This document shows positions 10,301 through 19,573 of a stretch of 58,325 bases of DNA, piece after piece. A program made the position numbers and the translations under genes. The notes beneath the pieces were generated by a model that saw only the letters and a list, made by a program, of their open reading frames with translations, made no database searches and was not told the DNA's origin. The first letter of the stretch is position 1, and each line of letters starts with the position of its first letter. Origin of the DNA: a virus (taxonomy: Duplodnaviria > Caudoviricetes); IMG/VR virus record IMGVR_UViG_3300021289_000002, positions 1 to 58,325 of that record; one strand, 5' to 3'.

Positions 10301-13300
10301 TGCCGATGGCTTTTGAAAAGTCCTCGATGATCTTGTAGGGCGATTTGGCCCCGCCTCCAGGCAGCGGATCGACCGCAATGCGCTGGGGCGGCGGCGCCGG
10401 TGGCTTGGGAGGAGGCTTTGGCGGCGGCGCGCTGGCTCCTGGTCGTGGCCCGGTTCCCGCGCCTCCAGGACGCGGCCCCGGCCCTGGTCCCGGCCTTGGT
10501 CCGGGGCGAGGGGGCGGCGGCGCGCTGGCCTTCGGCGGCGGCTTTTGTGGCCGCGGTATCGCGTCATCCGGTCGCGTACCATTGAAGACGTGACGAAACC
10601 ATTCCACCTTTTTGGCCGCAACCGCATCCCCTTCGGACTGTTTGCGGAAAACCTCCTTCATAAAGGGTTTCCACACGCTGACGTCACTGGTGGCTTTGAT
10701 GGCGTCGAGGATGGTGTCAAAATCTCGAGCTGCGAACGCCTTATTGAACATCTCGACGAAAGCTTTAGGCGTGAAAATCTGATTTGGGTTAGGGCGCCCA
10801 ATCTCCAATTCCTCGGGCTCGGGATAGGTGTTGCGTAGCTGTTCGTCCAGGTCGTCAAACGCAGCATCCTCACCGCGGCGGGCGCGCTCGAAAGCGTCAG
10901 TGGAGCGCGAGGTGCGAAACATTTCATCCTGGCCGGCCAGCCGCGTCAAATGGTCGTACCGTGCTGCTTCGACGGCAGTCAACGGAGGTCCTCCCTTCTC
11001 ACGGTTGGCCCGTGCTTTCTCGCTGAGCTTCACAAACTCGCGCTGCTCTGGCTTGGTCAGCGGCCGCGGCTCGACCTTGGTCTTTTCCGCCGGCGCTTCG
11101 GCAGGCTTCGGCTCGGGCGTTTCGGGCTCAGGCTCACCAAACAAATCGCCCTGAGTTGTTTTAGGCTTCGGTGGCCGCGCGGCCTGCGCGGTTTCCTGGA
11201 TCAAGGTAAACGGTGGCTCTTCGGGTGGCTTAGGCTTTGTGGCCTCCTCGTCAGGCGGAAGGAAGTCGCCGCCTTCGGGCGCGCGTTCGAGCTTATCGAC
11301 GTGGATAGTCTGATCGTCCTCGAGCAACTGCTTTCCGAACCGTTTACCGCCCTGCACGGTCACTTGCCCGGTGTCAGGATCAACGGCGGTAACTTTCAAC
11401 TGCTCGCCCCCAGCCTCCAGTAAATCTCCGACACTTAGCGTATTGACGACGACCGGGACCTTGCCTTGCTTGGTGGTTTCCTGCCAGTCCTCGAGCATTT
11501 TGATTTGGTCATCCATTATCCTTTGATCGCGGGCGATGCGCTCAAAGGTGGCCCCGCGGGCTTTGCTGGCTTTTTGGATCTCTTGCCAAAGTAGATTGAC
11601 GCTCGGCTCGCTTAATTGGCCGGCGCGGTAGGCCGCATCGGCAATCACGTCGGGACCACTCCCGGCCGGGCTGTATATGGCCATGCCGTGATGAGGCTTG
11701 CTGAGCTTAACCGAGTCATCCCAAAGCGAAGCGTTGAGCTTGAACTTGTCTTTGCCCCATTTGCGCCGTGCTGCTGACTTCGAGAGCATGCGCATGTTGT
11801 CTTTCATCCATGAGAGAATGTCCGGGCCGTTCGCCTCGGTCTCCTTATCGAACATTTTCTGAGATAACGTCTTTGCGGCCTTGGGAGGCTCGGATTCTTC
11901 CAAGGGGGGCTCAGGCGCCTTGGCCGGCTCGGGCGGAGCTTCGGTCTTAGGCTTGATTTTTGCCTTCTCGGCAAACTTCTCGAGCTCGTCAGGCAAAATA
12001 CCAGGGGCCTTAGCCGCTTCGGCAAATGACTTTCCAGCCTTCACATTGTCGAGAGCTGTCAGCATTCGCAACGCCTCGTTGAAATACTGCTTTTTGGCGT
12101 TAAGGATCTGCGATTGCTTGAAGAGCCTGGATTGCTCTTCTGGCGTGGTCGGTAATTCACCTTCTTTCTTTACCCGAAAAGCTTCCGCCATTTTGGGCCG
12201 CAACGCCTCTTGCTCGGCGACAATTGCCTTTTCGGCATCGACCAATTTGCTGCGGTCAGCATCGACACCCATTCGAACCGCCAGATCGTAGGCTTTAGCT
12301 GTCGCCGTCCCGGTCGGAGAGAATTTCTCGAATTCCTCGGGAGACATTTTGGCCACGCGCTCAGCCTCAGCCTGCGGTGTTTCAGCTTCCGGAGATTTCG
12401 TCTCGGCTTCGGGCGTTTCCGTCTCACCCAGTGGCGTCGAATCGGCAAACTCTGCCAATTTCGATTCAGCTTTGGCTTTGACCTCCTCGGGCGTGGACCC
12501 CTTCTTAACCGAGAACCGGATCGGTTGGCCGTCTTTGGGGTCTCGAACGTCAAACTCCCAAAGACCTGTTGCGTTCTCTTTGCCTCCCACTAGCCCCAGG
12601 TCCTTGGCGATCTTATCAGGCGTTAGTAGTACCTCGGGTTTAGTTTCTTCCGGTCCAGGTGTGCGAATTCCTTCTGCCTTTCGTTTTTCAAGAGTAGCCC
12701 TTGCCGCGGCTGCTACTGCGCTTGGATCTTTCATGCCCTCTTGCAGGGCATTGAGGTCAGTAACACCAAGTTTTTCTCCGAAAGGTTGTGAGATTAGACC
12801 CTTACGATCAGTTTTCGACTTTCCTCGCGAAATTCTCTCAGCTTCAAGATCGGCATAATCTGCCAATTGTTCCAAGTGCTCATCGGTGAGAGATCCAAAC
12901 ATTTCTGCCGATTGGTTTGGTCTGGCTTTTGGCGCCTCTGGCTTCACTTCAGGCGCTGGCGTTTTACGCGCCTCAGCTTCCGGAATCATCACGCCATCGA
13001 CATTGATGAAGCCGGGGAATTTGGGTGGTTGCTCCACGATGGGTTTTCCGCCGGCCGCGGCGGCGCGCTCGATGGCGGCTGCCTCAGCCGATGGGGGCGT
13101 AGGTCCTTTTGCTCCAGGCACGGCATGCGCAGAAATAGCGGCAGTCATGCCAAAATTGGTCAGGTAGTCTGCCGCGGCCTTGGCTGCCTCAGCCTTGGAC
13201 ACCGTTGGATCGGTCAATGCCTCAGTAGCGCGCTTAGCGGCTTCGGGTACGCCTGGCAGCATTTCTGCGCCAAGGAGCGTTCGGCCCAACGTGGTCGCCA

Positions 13301-13823
13301 CCGGCGCCGCGGCGGATGCTCCAGGCCCGAACAGCGGCAGCAAAGCGAGTGAGCGCGGCTCGACCAAACCGGCGGCGGTTTGCTCTGCCGATTCGGCTAC
13401 ACCTCCCACGGGTGACTCAGGGCCGCTCAAAGCTCCAGGCGGCAGCCGTAATCCCTCTTCCATGATTTGAAGGGGAGTTTTCGTGATGCCTTCCAAATCC
13501 ACGCCCTTGTACTCGGAAGCAATCTGCGGACCACCAGCGGCTCGACTGGCCGCGTTGAGGGGCACGGCCACTGTCCGGGTGAGCGCGCCGATCGGGTTGG
13601 CGGCAATCTCGGCCGTATTCTGCAGGGCGGTGACGACGTTTTGACCAAACTCGCCCATTGCGCCCTCGCGCCGGGCTGATTGCATTTGCTTCTTTAGATC
13701 GGCGCGGATCTCGTCCCGGGCGCGCTTGGCGGCTATTTGGGACGGCGTAGGACCGAAATCGTCTTCGGTGAAATCCTGTGGATCTTTGAAATCCTCTTCC
13801 GTGAAGTCATCAAGTGTCGGCAT
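7389..13823 (-). CDS. Large internal virion/ejection protein with zincin-like motif and C-terminal LPD38-like domain
   Basis: 2144 aa, last gene of tail module; HELAGH...AEGIAEF (HELAGH at 10179-10196); QQPAYLRDFFW..YWLRVPKPHELG and IELYLNRDTFRDRDIVP resemble LPD38; polyproline linker. Confidence 0.75.
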   Translation of the reverse strand: MPTLDDFTEEDFKDPQDFTEDDFGPTPSQIAAKRARDEIRADLKKQMQSARREGAMGEFGQNVVTALQNTAEIAANPIGALTRTVAVPLNAASRAAGGPQIASEYKGVDLEGITKTPLQIMEEGLRLPPGALSGPESPVGGVAESAEQTAAGLVEPRSLALLPLFGPGASAAAPVATTLGRTLLGAEMLPGVPEAAKRATEALTDPTVSKAEAAKAAADYLTNFGMTAAISAHAVPGAKGPTPPSAEAAAIERAAAAGGKPIVEQPPKFPGFINVDGVMIPEAEARKTPAPEVKPEAPKARPNQSAEMFGSLTDEHLEQLADYADLEAERISRGKSKTDRKGLISQPFGEKLGVTDLNALQEGMKDPSAVAAAARATLEKRKAEGIRTPGPEETKPEVLLTPDKIAKDLGLVGGKENATGLWEFDVRDPKDGQPIRFSVKKGSTPEEVKAKAESKLAEFADSTPLGETETPEAETKSPEAETPQAEAERVAKMSPEEFEKFSPTGTATAKAYDLAVRMGVDADRSKLVDAEKAIVAEQEALRPKMAEAFRVKKEGELPTTPEEQSRLFKQSQILNAKKQYFNEALRMLTALDNVKAGKSFAEAAKAPGILPDELEKFAEKAKIKPKTEAPPEPAKAPEPPLEESEPPKAAKTLSQKMFDKETEANGPDILSWMKDNMRMLSKSAARRKWGKDKFKLNASLWDDSVKLSKPHHGMAIYSPAGSGPDVIADAAYRAGQLSEPSVNLLWQEIQKASKARGATFERIARDQRIMDDQIKMLEDWQETTKQGKVPVVVNTLSVGDLLEAGGEQLKVTAVDPDTGQVTVQGGKRFGKQLLEDDQTIHVDKLERAPEGGDFLPPDEEATKPKPPEEPPFTLIQETAQAARPPKPKTTQGDLFGEPEPETPEPKPAEAPAEKTKVEPRPLTKPEQREFVKLSEKARANREKGGPPLTAVEAARYDHLTRLAGQDEMFRTSRSTDAFERARRGEDAAFDDLDEQLRNTYPEPEELEIGRPNPNQIFTPKAFVEMFNKAFAARDFDTILDAIKATSDVSVWKPFMKEVFRKQSEGDAVAAKKVEWFRHVFNGTRPDDAIPRPQKPPPKASAPPPPRPGPRPGPGPGPRPGGAGTGPRPGASAPPPKPPPKPPAPPPQRIAVDPLPGGGAKSPYKIIEDFSKAIGKAIRVMRMKPGVLGTYRPGTTGVAERFAGDLDTAAHELAGHWTDDKYGIGKPWIKPRTASPYDAELAKFWIHGSVTPRSPLWYRRAEGIAEFIRAYVVNPKQAVADAPKFAAYFKKTLPPEALSAIEAFSKDVRTWAGEDPIVRAGLSIRMEPPTLTERLWNGIRGRGFGFEVNKIDQLRQWFDDPYHYAMKAFRQVQQIRGGLPLKPEQNFELVARLLSTHDSRMSDQFERGLVPMRPKQVRNAKGRLEVERLIDPVTKQPMSMKWLLGSLDDLSKHNMESDMRDASALMVAQRTLEKSKQLGRKSNISGIGAGIMTDVQAAAELIDRLEQQPARYARLKEAARRYRLWADKNIQMLVDAGRITPDAAARIRQSNEYYVDMHRLSSDFETGNRAQRGVKIGTSRDKLKRMIGSSLEINNVYSNLLEQTDSIQKEAHRNVVMNTFVDGLRNLRKLYGPDLRDFDQFGTLATSADRNTIKVYNGGHLEHWKFEPDIYESLKGLGEMGTHAFIDIAAMPSRFARYMITHGPQFMLRNPVRDTFERSVNSRNASKPWDILQGYTQEDLSRYEVFGGGQFGNYIVDKHVWNRELKRTVRELTKDPTNILLSPLKLKHAWEQLAEKSEKLGRVAEFRRAFDAGKAKGYDDYNAALYAAGEARGLLDFAKAGTVMRVINRLIPFSNARLRGLARATFAARENPARFAMRWGMFVLAPTLAVMMWNRRDKKTWEEYQQQPAYLRDFFWSFKVGPYWLRVPKPHELGVMAGGVERAIDRMMGDKKALEGYGGSAASAALPIQNPVEGTGPLKTGIELYLNRDTFRDRDIVPIWERDLNLDLRKGTVHASKAGQGIAHAINLTGMTVDPRQMDYILQSYGGLGQSLTDLTRKDASTGTAALKGTGYVVEPPGSSARDVQWVIDWARHHGKTSTKEIRELQDMRKAIYDTKDIGARSRRAAELRAYAIRLRKEIESGAGF

Positions 13824-13858
13824 TCCAGGCTCTCAATACGCTCGACCTGCCGCTTAGT

Positions 13859-14845
13859 CTAGCGGGATTCTTGCTCGGAAAATTCCTGCTTCACTGCGTC
13901 GATGATCTTTTCGCGGGACCAATCGGGGTGTTCAGCCTTCAATTCGCGGGCTCGTTCCACCTTGCTTTTGGGCATGGCAACGTCGCGCTCTGCCATCTGC
14001 TTAGCGCCCATCACGGGCATAAGTTTCGGCTTGTTGTAGATCATATCCAGCGCTGATTTAGCCTCGTTGAACTCACGCCTTTTGGCTTCCAACTTGGCTA
14101 CTTTCGACTTGCCGGCATCCGTCTCGAGCTCGTCTTTGCTGAGCTTGTCCACGGCATCAGTGAGCTTGCCGATGGATGAGTCCAGCCTCTTAGCCTGCGA
14201 CTTGATCAAGCCGGCCTGCGCTGTCTCTGCCGGGGTGAGTTTGACCGCCGCGGTCTTTGGCTTCGGGACATATTGCCAATGGGAACTGCCTGGACGTGAA
14301 ATGACGGTACCGCCCTCGATTTCCTCCGTGCGAGTTGGACCCTCGTAATCCTGCGCTGGATTGAGAGCTCGAGCTAATCCTTTGCCACGTGGAAACTTCA
14401 TCAAACCGGTGGCCAAATCTCCCCCGGCCGCTATGTGCTGGGCCAGGGCCGATTCTTGGGCGAAAGTCATCGCGGCTTCTTTGGCCTTTTCGTCGGCTAA
14501 AGCTCGTTGCTGGTCGATCCTCGCTTTGCCCAATCCAATCTCGGCTTGGTGGTAAGCGTTTTGGATTAGCATTTGCTGGTCTTCGCGCAACCGATTCTGT
14601 TCGGCAATTTCCTTGCGCGCCTGCATTTCCATTTGGGCGATGTGCTCTTGCTGCGAGAGGTGGGCCGCGTCGCTCTGCGCCTTCTGGGCCAAAGCATCAG
14701 CCTCAAGCCCTAACCGGGCGGCATCCGACTGGGCAGACTGCCGCAGACGCGCGACACCTAAGCCCGCCTCGGCGCCTTCCTGGCCAGCACGAACGAATTG
14801 GCTAGGGTTAACGTCGAGCCATGGGGGTATCTGTCCGATTGCCAT
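13859..14845 (-). CDS. Putative internal virion (ejection) protein
   Basis: Helical Q/A/E/K-rich protein directly upstream of the giant gene, the usual podovirus ejectosome position. Confidence 0.55.
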   Translation of the reverse strand: MAIGQIPPWLDVNPSQFVRAGQEGAEAGLGVARLRQSAQSDAARLGLEADALAQKAQSDAAHLSQQEHIAQMEMQARKEIAEQNRLREDQQMLIQNAYHQAEIGLGKARIDQQRALADEKAKEAAMTFAQESALAQHIAAGGDLATGLMKFPRGKGLARALNPAQDYEGPTRTEEIEGGTVISRPGSSHWQYVPKPKTAAVKLTPAETAQAGLIKSQAKRLDSSIGKLTDAVDKLSKDELETDAGKSKVAKLEAKRREFNEAKSALDMIYNKPKLMPVMGAKQMAERDVAMPKSKVERARELKAEHPDWSREKIIDAVKQEFSEQESR

Positions 14846-14848
14846 AGG

Positions 14849-15499
14849 TTAAACTTTGGGAATGTGCTCAGTCCCCGGCGATTGGCCTGCGGGAAAATGC
14901 TCGGTGAGTGGCGTTTGGTACCAGGCGCCACGACCGCCGCCGTATGAGCCAGTGCCGGCGCCGGGACCACCCGCAATGTTGTTGGTCAATTGGAACTTGG
15001 CCAGCCATTCGGCCAACTGCCGTTCGGCAGCTTTCTGCGGGTCGGGCGCGGCCTCCATCGTGGCATTGCGTGAGGCAACTTCGGTGGCCAACCCTGGATC
15101 GGTCATCGTGTGGCCCAGGCCGCCCAGCGTAGCCAAATAATCCTGCAAGCCTTGGCGTTGCCGGTTCTCGGAAAAGCCCGCGATATTGGCGAAGAGGGAG
15201 TTTTGCGCCAGGCCGCTGCCAGGCCCCATGCCGCTCGTGACACCGAAAGTTGCCGCGGCATTTTGCAGCGCCTTCATGGTGGCCGGCGATACCTGCCCGG
15301 AAATCTCGCTGCCAATGACGTCGCTCGCGCCGGAGGTGAGCGCGCCAAAATTTGGCAGTGCGCCGCCAACCTGAGTGAACACGTTCGGAGCCACATTGAT
15401 CGGGGCCGGTACGCCACCAAAGGCGCTATGCCCGCCGCCGCCGCCTCCGCCTCCAACCAGGGCGTTGATATTTAAAGGAGAATTGCTACGTGCTGCCAT
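14849..15499 (-). CDS. Putative small internal virion (ejection) protein, Gly/Ala-rich
   Basis: Gly/Ala/Ser-rich, first of three ejection-type genes. Confidence 0.55.
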   Translation of the reverse strand: MAARSNSPLNINALVGGGGGGGGHSAFGGVPAPINVAPNVFTQVGGALPNFGALTSGASDVIGSEISGQVSPATMKALQNAAATFGVTSGMGPGSGLAQNSLFANIAGFSENRQRQGLQDYLATLGGLGHTMTDPGLATEVASRNATMEAAPDPQKAAERQLAEWLAKFQLTNNIAGGPGAGTGSYGGGRGAWYQTPLTEHFPAGQSPGTEHIPKV

Positions 15500-15508
15500 A
15501 AAATGAGT

Positions 15509-16519
15509 TTAGGTCATTCGCCCGATCCTTTGACGATTCAAAGAGGCGGTGCCGAACGGCTTAAAATTGACTGGCGTGCTGTCCAGGGGGAGGCGGTCGC
15601 GAAGCTCAGCGTTAAGGTCGGATATCGCGAGCGCTTGCTGCTTCTGGAATTCTTCGGCGCTGTAGGAATCGCTCTGCTTGATGGCCTGCATCATCATTGC
15701 CAGCGCATCGACGTTTTCAATCCCAAGGAGATCGTCGTTAAACATCACAGGAACGAAAGCCAGCTTCACAAGCCCGGTGATTTGCGCAGAGCAACAGGCT
15801 CGATTGTTGACAGCGCAGCCGCTGAGAATCGAGCTCTGTAAATAGTCCGGCGCGGTCTCCGCAGCGTCATAGCTGGCCAAATCGTACAGCGTGGCGCCAT
15901 CAAACTGATAGCCGCGGACTGGTCCATCGGTTTGATCCTTTAGAATTCGGTCCACGCGCCGAACTAAAAAGGAGGTTTGGACGTAAGGGATCGCTAAGGG
16001 CAAGACAACGCCATCCTGGAAAGTGTTATCGGAGCGCTGGCTGCGAATGGTCTGCCCATTGCCATCGATACCAAATATCGTGATGGTTCTACCGGCAGCA
16101 ACATCGGTTGGCTGGCTGGGATAGAACCGTAGGTAGCGATCGTTGAGGCAGGGGATCTGATTGAAAACGCTGCTTGTGCCGTTCTCGCGAATGGCCACGT
16201 TACCCCAGCAACGATCCCCGCAGCGCCCTTGGCCAAGTACGTCTTCGGGCAGGACTGCGGAAAAGCCGTACCAATGGTTGCGCGGGGGGATGGAATTGCC
16301 GCAAGAGTTGACGGCCAAGATCGTGCCCACGTAACGCGGCCAGGTAATGCAACTCTGATAAATGCAACCGTGCATGCGCTGGACAGTGGCCCAAAAGTTG
16401 CCGCGCTTCATCAACATGCGCGTGGCATCATTAACGAGCTCGAGGAATTCCGGGCTATCGGGACAGACGCCGGCAATTCGACGTAACCGGCTGTTTTTCG
16501 CTTCGCCCAGGGTCAGCAT
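15509..16519 (-). CDS. Putative head-tail adaptor (tail tubular protein A-like)
   Basis: N-terminal TL.E......G.......LVNDA...L...G.FW pattern typical of adaptors; position in tail module. Confidence 0.5.
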   Translation of the reverse strand: MLTLGEAKNSRLRRIAGVCPDSPEFLELVNDATRMLMKRGNFWATVQRMHGCIYQSCITWPRYVGTILAVNSCGNSIPPRNHWYGFSAVLPEDVLGQGRCGDRCWGNVAIRENGTSSVFNQIPCLNDRYLRFYPSQPTDVAAGRTITIFGIDGNGQTIRSQRSDNTFQDGVVLPLAIPYVQTSFLVRRVDRILKDQTDGPVRGYQFDGATLYDLASYDAAETAPDYLQSSILSGCAVNNRACCSAQITGLVKLAFVPVMFNDDLLGIENVDALAMMMQAIKQSDSYSAEEFQKQQALAISDLNAELRDRLPLDSTPVNFKPFGTASLNRQRIGRMT

Positions 16520-16548
16520 TTGCCCTTGCCATACACCCGAGTTGGGGT

Positions 16549-17316
16549 TTAGTCGAGCGCTTTTACCAAACCGGCAAGGCTTTGCGTGTGCGTAACACCG
16601 GACTCGCAGTAAACGGAAGTGGTCGCTTCGATTTGATAAACCAGCGGGGAAGTGCCTGGCGAAGTGAAATCAAAACTAAAATCGAAGGTGCCTAATCCTG
16701 GCGCGCCCGCGTGCGTTTCGCTGAACAAAGTCAGCAACGCGCCATAGTTAGGTCCACTCTTCAGAGCAATTTGGCTGCTGAAAACTCCGCTGCCGGCGCC
16801 TGTCTGAGCATTGATGAAGCGCCCGCTAATGTTGTGGTTAGTGACCACTCCGGGCTTATAGGTGAACGTGATTTTTCCAATCACTTGCACGCCCAGGCTG
16901 CCGCCGCCTGGATTCTGGCCGGGGCTGCTGGCGTTGACGCTGAAATCTCCCGCGCTGGCTGAATCGCCAACAAGAGCGCCCGTGTGCGGCAATTGAATGT
17001 TTACCGCGCCTGACGTCCATACCAGGCCGGCCCACGCGCAATCCCCAACTTGCGCCTGCGCCTGCGCCAAGGCCATATCATCGAGTTGCGCCTGCGCTAC
17101 CGCCAAGCTTGTGGGCGTAGGATTGAAAACGACGGTGCAGAAAGTGCCGGCGGGTACCGTCTGCGTCTGGCTGCCATCCGGGCAAGAGGCGGTCTGCTCG
17201 GTGTTGCAAACCCGCTGCCGCGTCGGGATCGGCGGGACCACATCGCCACCGCTAAAGTCATCCGGGCACGGGTAAGGGGGAACCAGCTCGAGACATGGAC
17301 GGCAAATAACGCTCAT
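16549..17316 (-). CDS. Putative tail accessory protein, Cys-rich N-terminus and beta-rich C-terminus
   Basis: ATG 17316 overlaps nozzle stop; CNTEQTASCPDG..TVPAGTFC..AQLDDMALAQA. Confidence 0.5.
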   Translation of the reverse strand: MSVICRPCLELVPPYPCPDDFSGGDVVPPIPTRQRVCNTEQTASCPDGSQTQTVPAGTFCTVVFNPTPTSLAVAQAQLDDMALAQAQAQVGDCAWAGLVWTSGAVNIQLPHTGALVGDSASAGDFSVNASSPGQNPGGGSLGVQVIGKITFTYKPGVVTNHNISGRFINAQTGAGSGVFSSQIALKSGPNYGALLTLFSETHAGAPGLGTFDFSFDFTSPGTSPLVYQIEATTSVYCESGVTHTQSLAGLVKALD

Positions 17317-19364
17317 GTGCAAATCGGTTTACAATTCGGCACGCCAAACTTGGGCTCAGGAATTCCAGTGGCCAGGAAGCGCGCGCCCTTGAATCGGCAT
17401 TGCCCGGTAATCTCGATGCGGACGGCAAAGTAATACCCCTCGCGCATAGGTCGGTTTGTCGAAGGATCGCAAACATAGGGGGACGGCTCGCCCAGTGGCA
17501 ATCTTGGCCGGTACTGCGGTTTGGCATCAGTGTTCACCATTGGCGCGCATTCATCCCACTCGAGCCAAGGGGTCCAGCACGGGTAATCATCCTGGCGATA
17601 GCTCACTGCAAAGTGGACCGTGCCGATCATTTGATCAACCCAGAGCTCGCCATTGAAGAGGCGCTTGAATTTGCGCCGCGCCGGGTCGGGCTCGCGAAAC
17701 ATGACGGGGCTTTCGAAGCTCCACTTGATCGGAGTATTGCCGTTGTCGTAAATCTCGCGGGTCTTGCTCTTGAGAACTTCCCAAAGCGATATTTGCTGGG
17801 TGCCTTTGTCCAGGCAGAAAGCGAAACACCGATCCACTCCCGAAAACTCACCAGTGATCAATTGGAACGGGTTTAGTCCGGGCCAAAGCCCGTCATAGAC
17901 CGAAGGCTTTTTGCCGGCCAATCCGGAGAGCGGATCGAAATTGAGTGCGACCAAGCCACCATGGTAAACGCCTCTTGCGGACGTGGTCGGCGCGCAGCCC
18001 ATCAGCATGCGATTGTCGAATACAACCGCGGTGCCGTAAAACAAAAGGTCTTCGTCATCCCGGTCGATGATCCGCTCAACCTCGCGGCTGATAGGAACGT
18101 TGCCCCAGGTATCAAAATCGCGCCGGGCGTAGATGACCGAGCCGATGCAATTGGGCGCGCGGTAAACGACATCGCCATTCATTTGCACGGTGGAATTCTG
18201 GCCAACGCCGCCGGTACCAATGACCGTTACGGGCAGAATTGGACTTTGCAGGCTCTGCCACGTCAACCGGTCCACGGGCGATTGGCAGGTAAACACGCGG
18301 TTGGACGTATGCACCTGGACCGGACCTTGACCCAAGGCGGCATCGAGCACGTTGGTCTCGACGATGGCGCGGATCTTGCCCGCTCCGCCAGGCACGCGGA
18401 AGCTGCCGCCGCCGATCAAATACTGGTTCTCAGTGACGTTCAACACCGCATCCCGGAACTGTTCGCCAACAGTCCCGCTCGAGCCGCCTACAATATCGCT
18501 GGCGATGAAAGAAATCTCGTCGGGCAAAGCCATCCAATTGCGGCCCTGGACGTAAGCGCCCATGCGACCAGGCGGAAGCTGGGTTAGCGAGGTGACAGTC
18601 TTGGTGCCCCAAGTAAACGTAGTGCCGGCGGGTACAAGGGTTCCAGGCGGGATGAATCCCGGTGTAGGGGTGGACGCGCTCACGTTTAGCGCGTTGAAAT
18701 GGTTTGCTGATGGGGTACCAAAAGCAATCAGCAAACCATAGCCTTGGAAATTGACATTGCCACTGGTCGGAACAGTGACGCTATCCCCAGCTACAACCAC
18801 AATGTCAGTGGCGAAGTTGATCGGCGAGCTGGCCAGAGGCGGCGCGGTAAAATCGGACGTAGTTTTGGCGGTGAAAGGCGTAATGACGGTATTGGTGCCA
18901 ATCGAGCGGCTAGTAGTGGCTCCATTGAAGAATACCGGCAGCGAAACTCCATCGTTCCAAATGACCCACTTTTCAGACTGCCAAAGCCAGTGTTGCGGCG
19001 CCGCGACATTCTGCGTATTGCCGCCGGTGCGCTCATACACCACAACTGAGAGCGTGGCCGGGTTGGGCACGAATTGAAACAGCCGGCCTGAGATGGCAGC
19101 TACCAACGTCTGCGGCCCGGAGTCGGGCGCGTAGTAACAGCCTCCCTGCCATAAGCCATTGAGCACGGCAGCTTGCGCCGAGGCATCGCCCTGGAAGTCG
19201 AAAAAGTAATTGAACTTGGGTGGCCGCGGTCGAATGAAAGTGCCGCGCACGGTGGCATTGGACGCGAAGCCGAGTTGATTCTTTGGCAACAGGACTGCGG
19301 CAACCCCGGAGTTCATTCCGAGGTCAAACGCCAACAGGCCGTCAAAGAATTCTTCGGGACTCAT
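17313..19364 (-). CDS. Putative tail nozzle / packaged-DNA stabilisation protein (tubular B / P22 gp10-like)
   Basis: 683 aa beta-rich propeller-like protein; PISREV and FESP motifs; size and position. Confidence 0.55.
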   Translation of the reverse strand: MSPEEFFDGLLAFDLGMNSGVAAVLLPKNQLGFASNATVRGTFIRPRPPKFNYFFDFQGDASAQAAVLNGLWQGGCYYAPDSGPQTLVAAISGRLFQFVPNPATLSVVVYERTGGNTQNVAAPQHWLWQSEKWVIWNDGVSLPVFFNGATTSRSIGTNTVITPFTAKTTSDFTAPPLASSPINFATDIVVVAGDSVTVPTSGNVNFQGYGLLIAFGTPSANHFNALNVSASTPTPGFIPPGTLVPAGTTFTWGTKTVTSLTQLPPGRMGAYVQGRNWMALPDEISFIASDIVGGSSGTVGEQFRDAVLNVTENQYLIGGGSFRVPGGAGKIRAIVETNVLDAALGQGPVQVHTSNRVFTCQSPVDRLTWQSLQSPILPVTVIGTGGVGQNSTVQMNGDVVYRAPNCIGSVIYARRDFDTWGNVPISREVERIIDRDDEDLLFYGTAVVFDNRMLMGCAPTTSARGVYHGGLVALNFDPLSGLAGKKPSVYDGLWPGLNPFQLITGEFSGVDRCFAFCLDKGTQQISLWEVLKSKTREIYDNGNTPIKWSFESPVMFREPDPARRKFKRLFNGELWVDQMIGTVHFAVSYRQDDYPCWTPWLEWDECAPMVNTDAKPQYRPRLPLGEPSPYVCDPSTNRPMREGYYFAVRIEITGQCRFKGARFLATGIPEPKFGVPNCKPICT

Positions 19365-19571
19365 TTAGCTAAGCGAGTCCATTACAAACTCGCTCTCTGC
19401 GAAAACAATCGGTTCCGATACTTGATGCTCAGATCCGTCTCTCATTCGAATGTGAATTCCGCCGGCATTTGGTTCCATTTTCTCTATTTCGCGCGTGTCC
19501 AAGACGCGATCGGGCTGGCCGGCCAAAGCGAGTTTTCCAAACCCGCAATACACAATGCCACTTTTTTTCAT
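19365..19571 (-). CDS. Hypothetical protein
   Basis: MKKSGIVYCGFG... fits between fibre and nozzle genes. Confidence 0.5.
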   Translation of the reverse strand: MKKSGIVYCGFGKLALAGQPDRVLDTREIEKMEPNAGGIHIRMRDGSEHQVSEPIVFAESEFVMDSLS

Positions 19572-19573
19572 AT

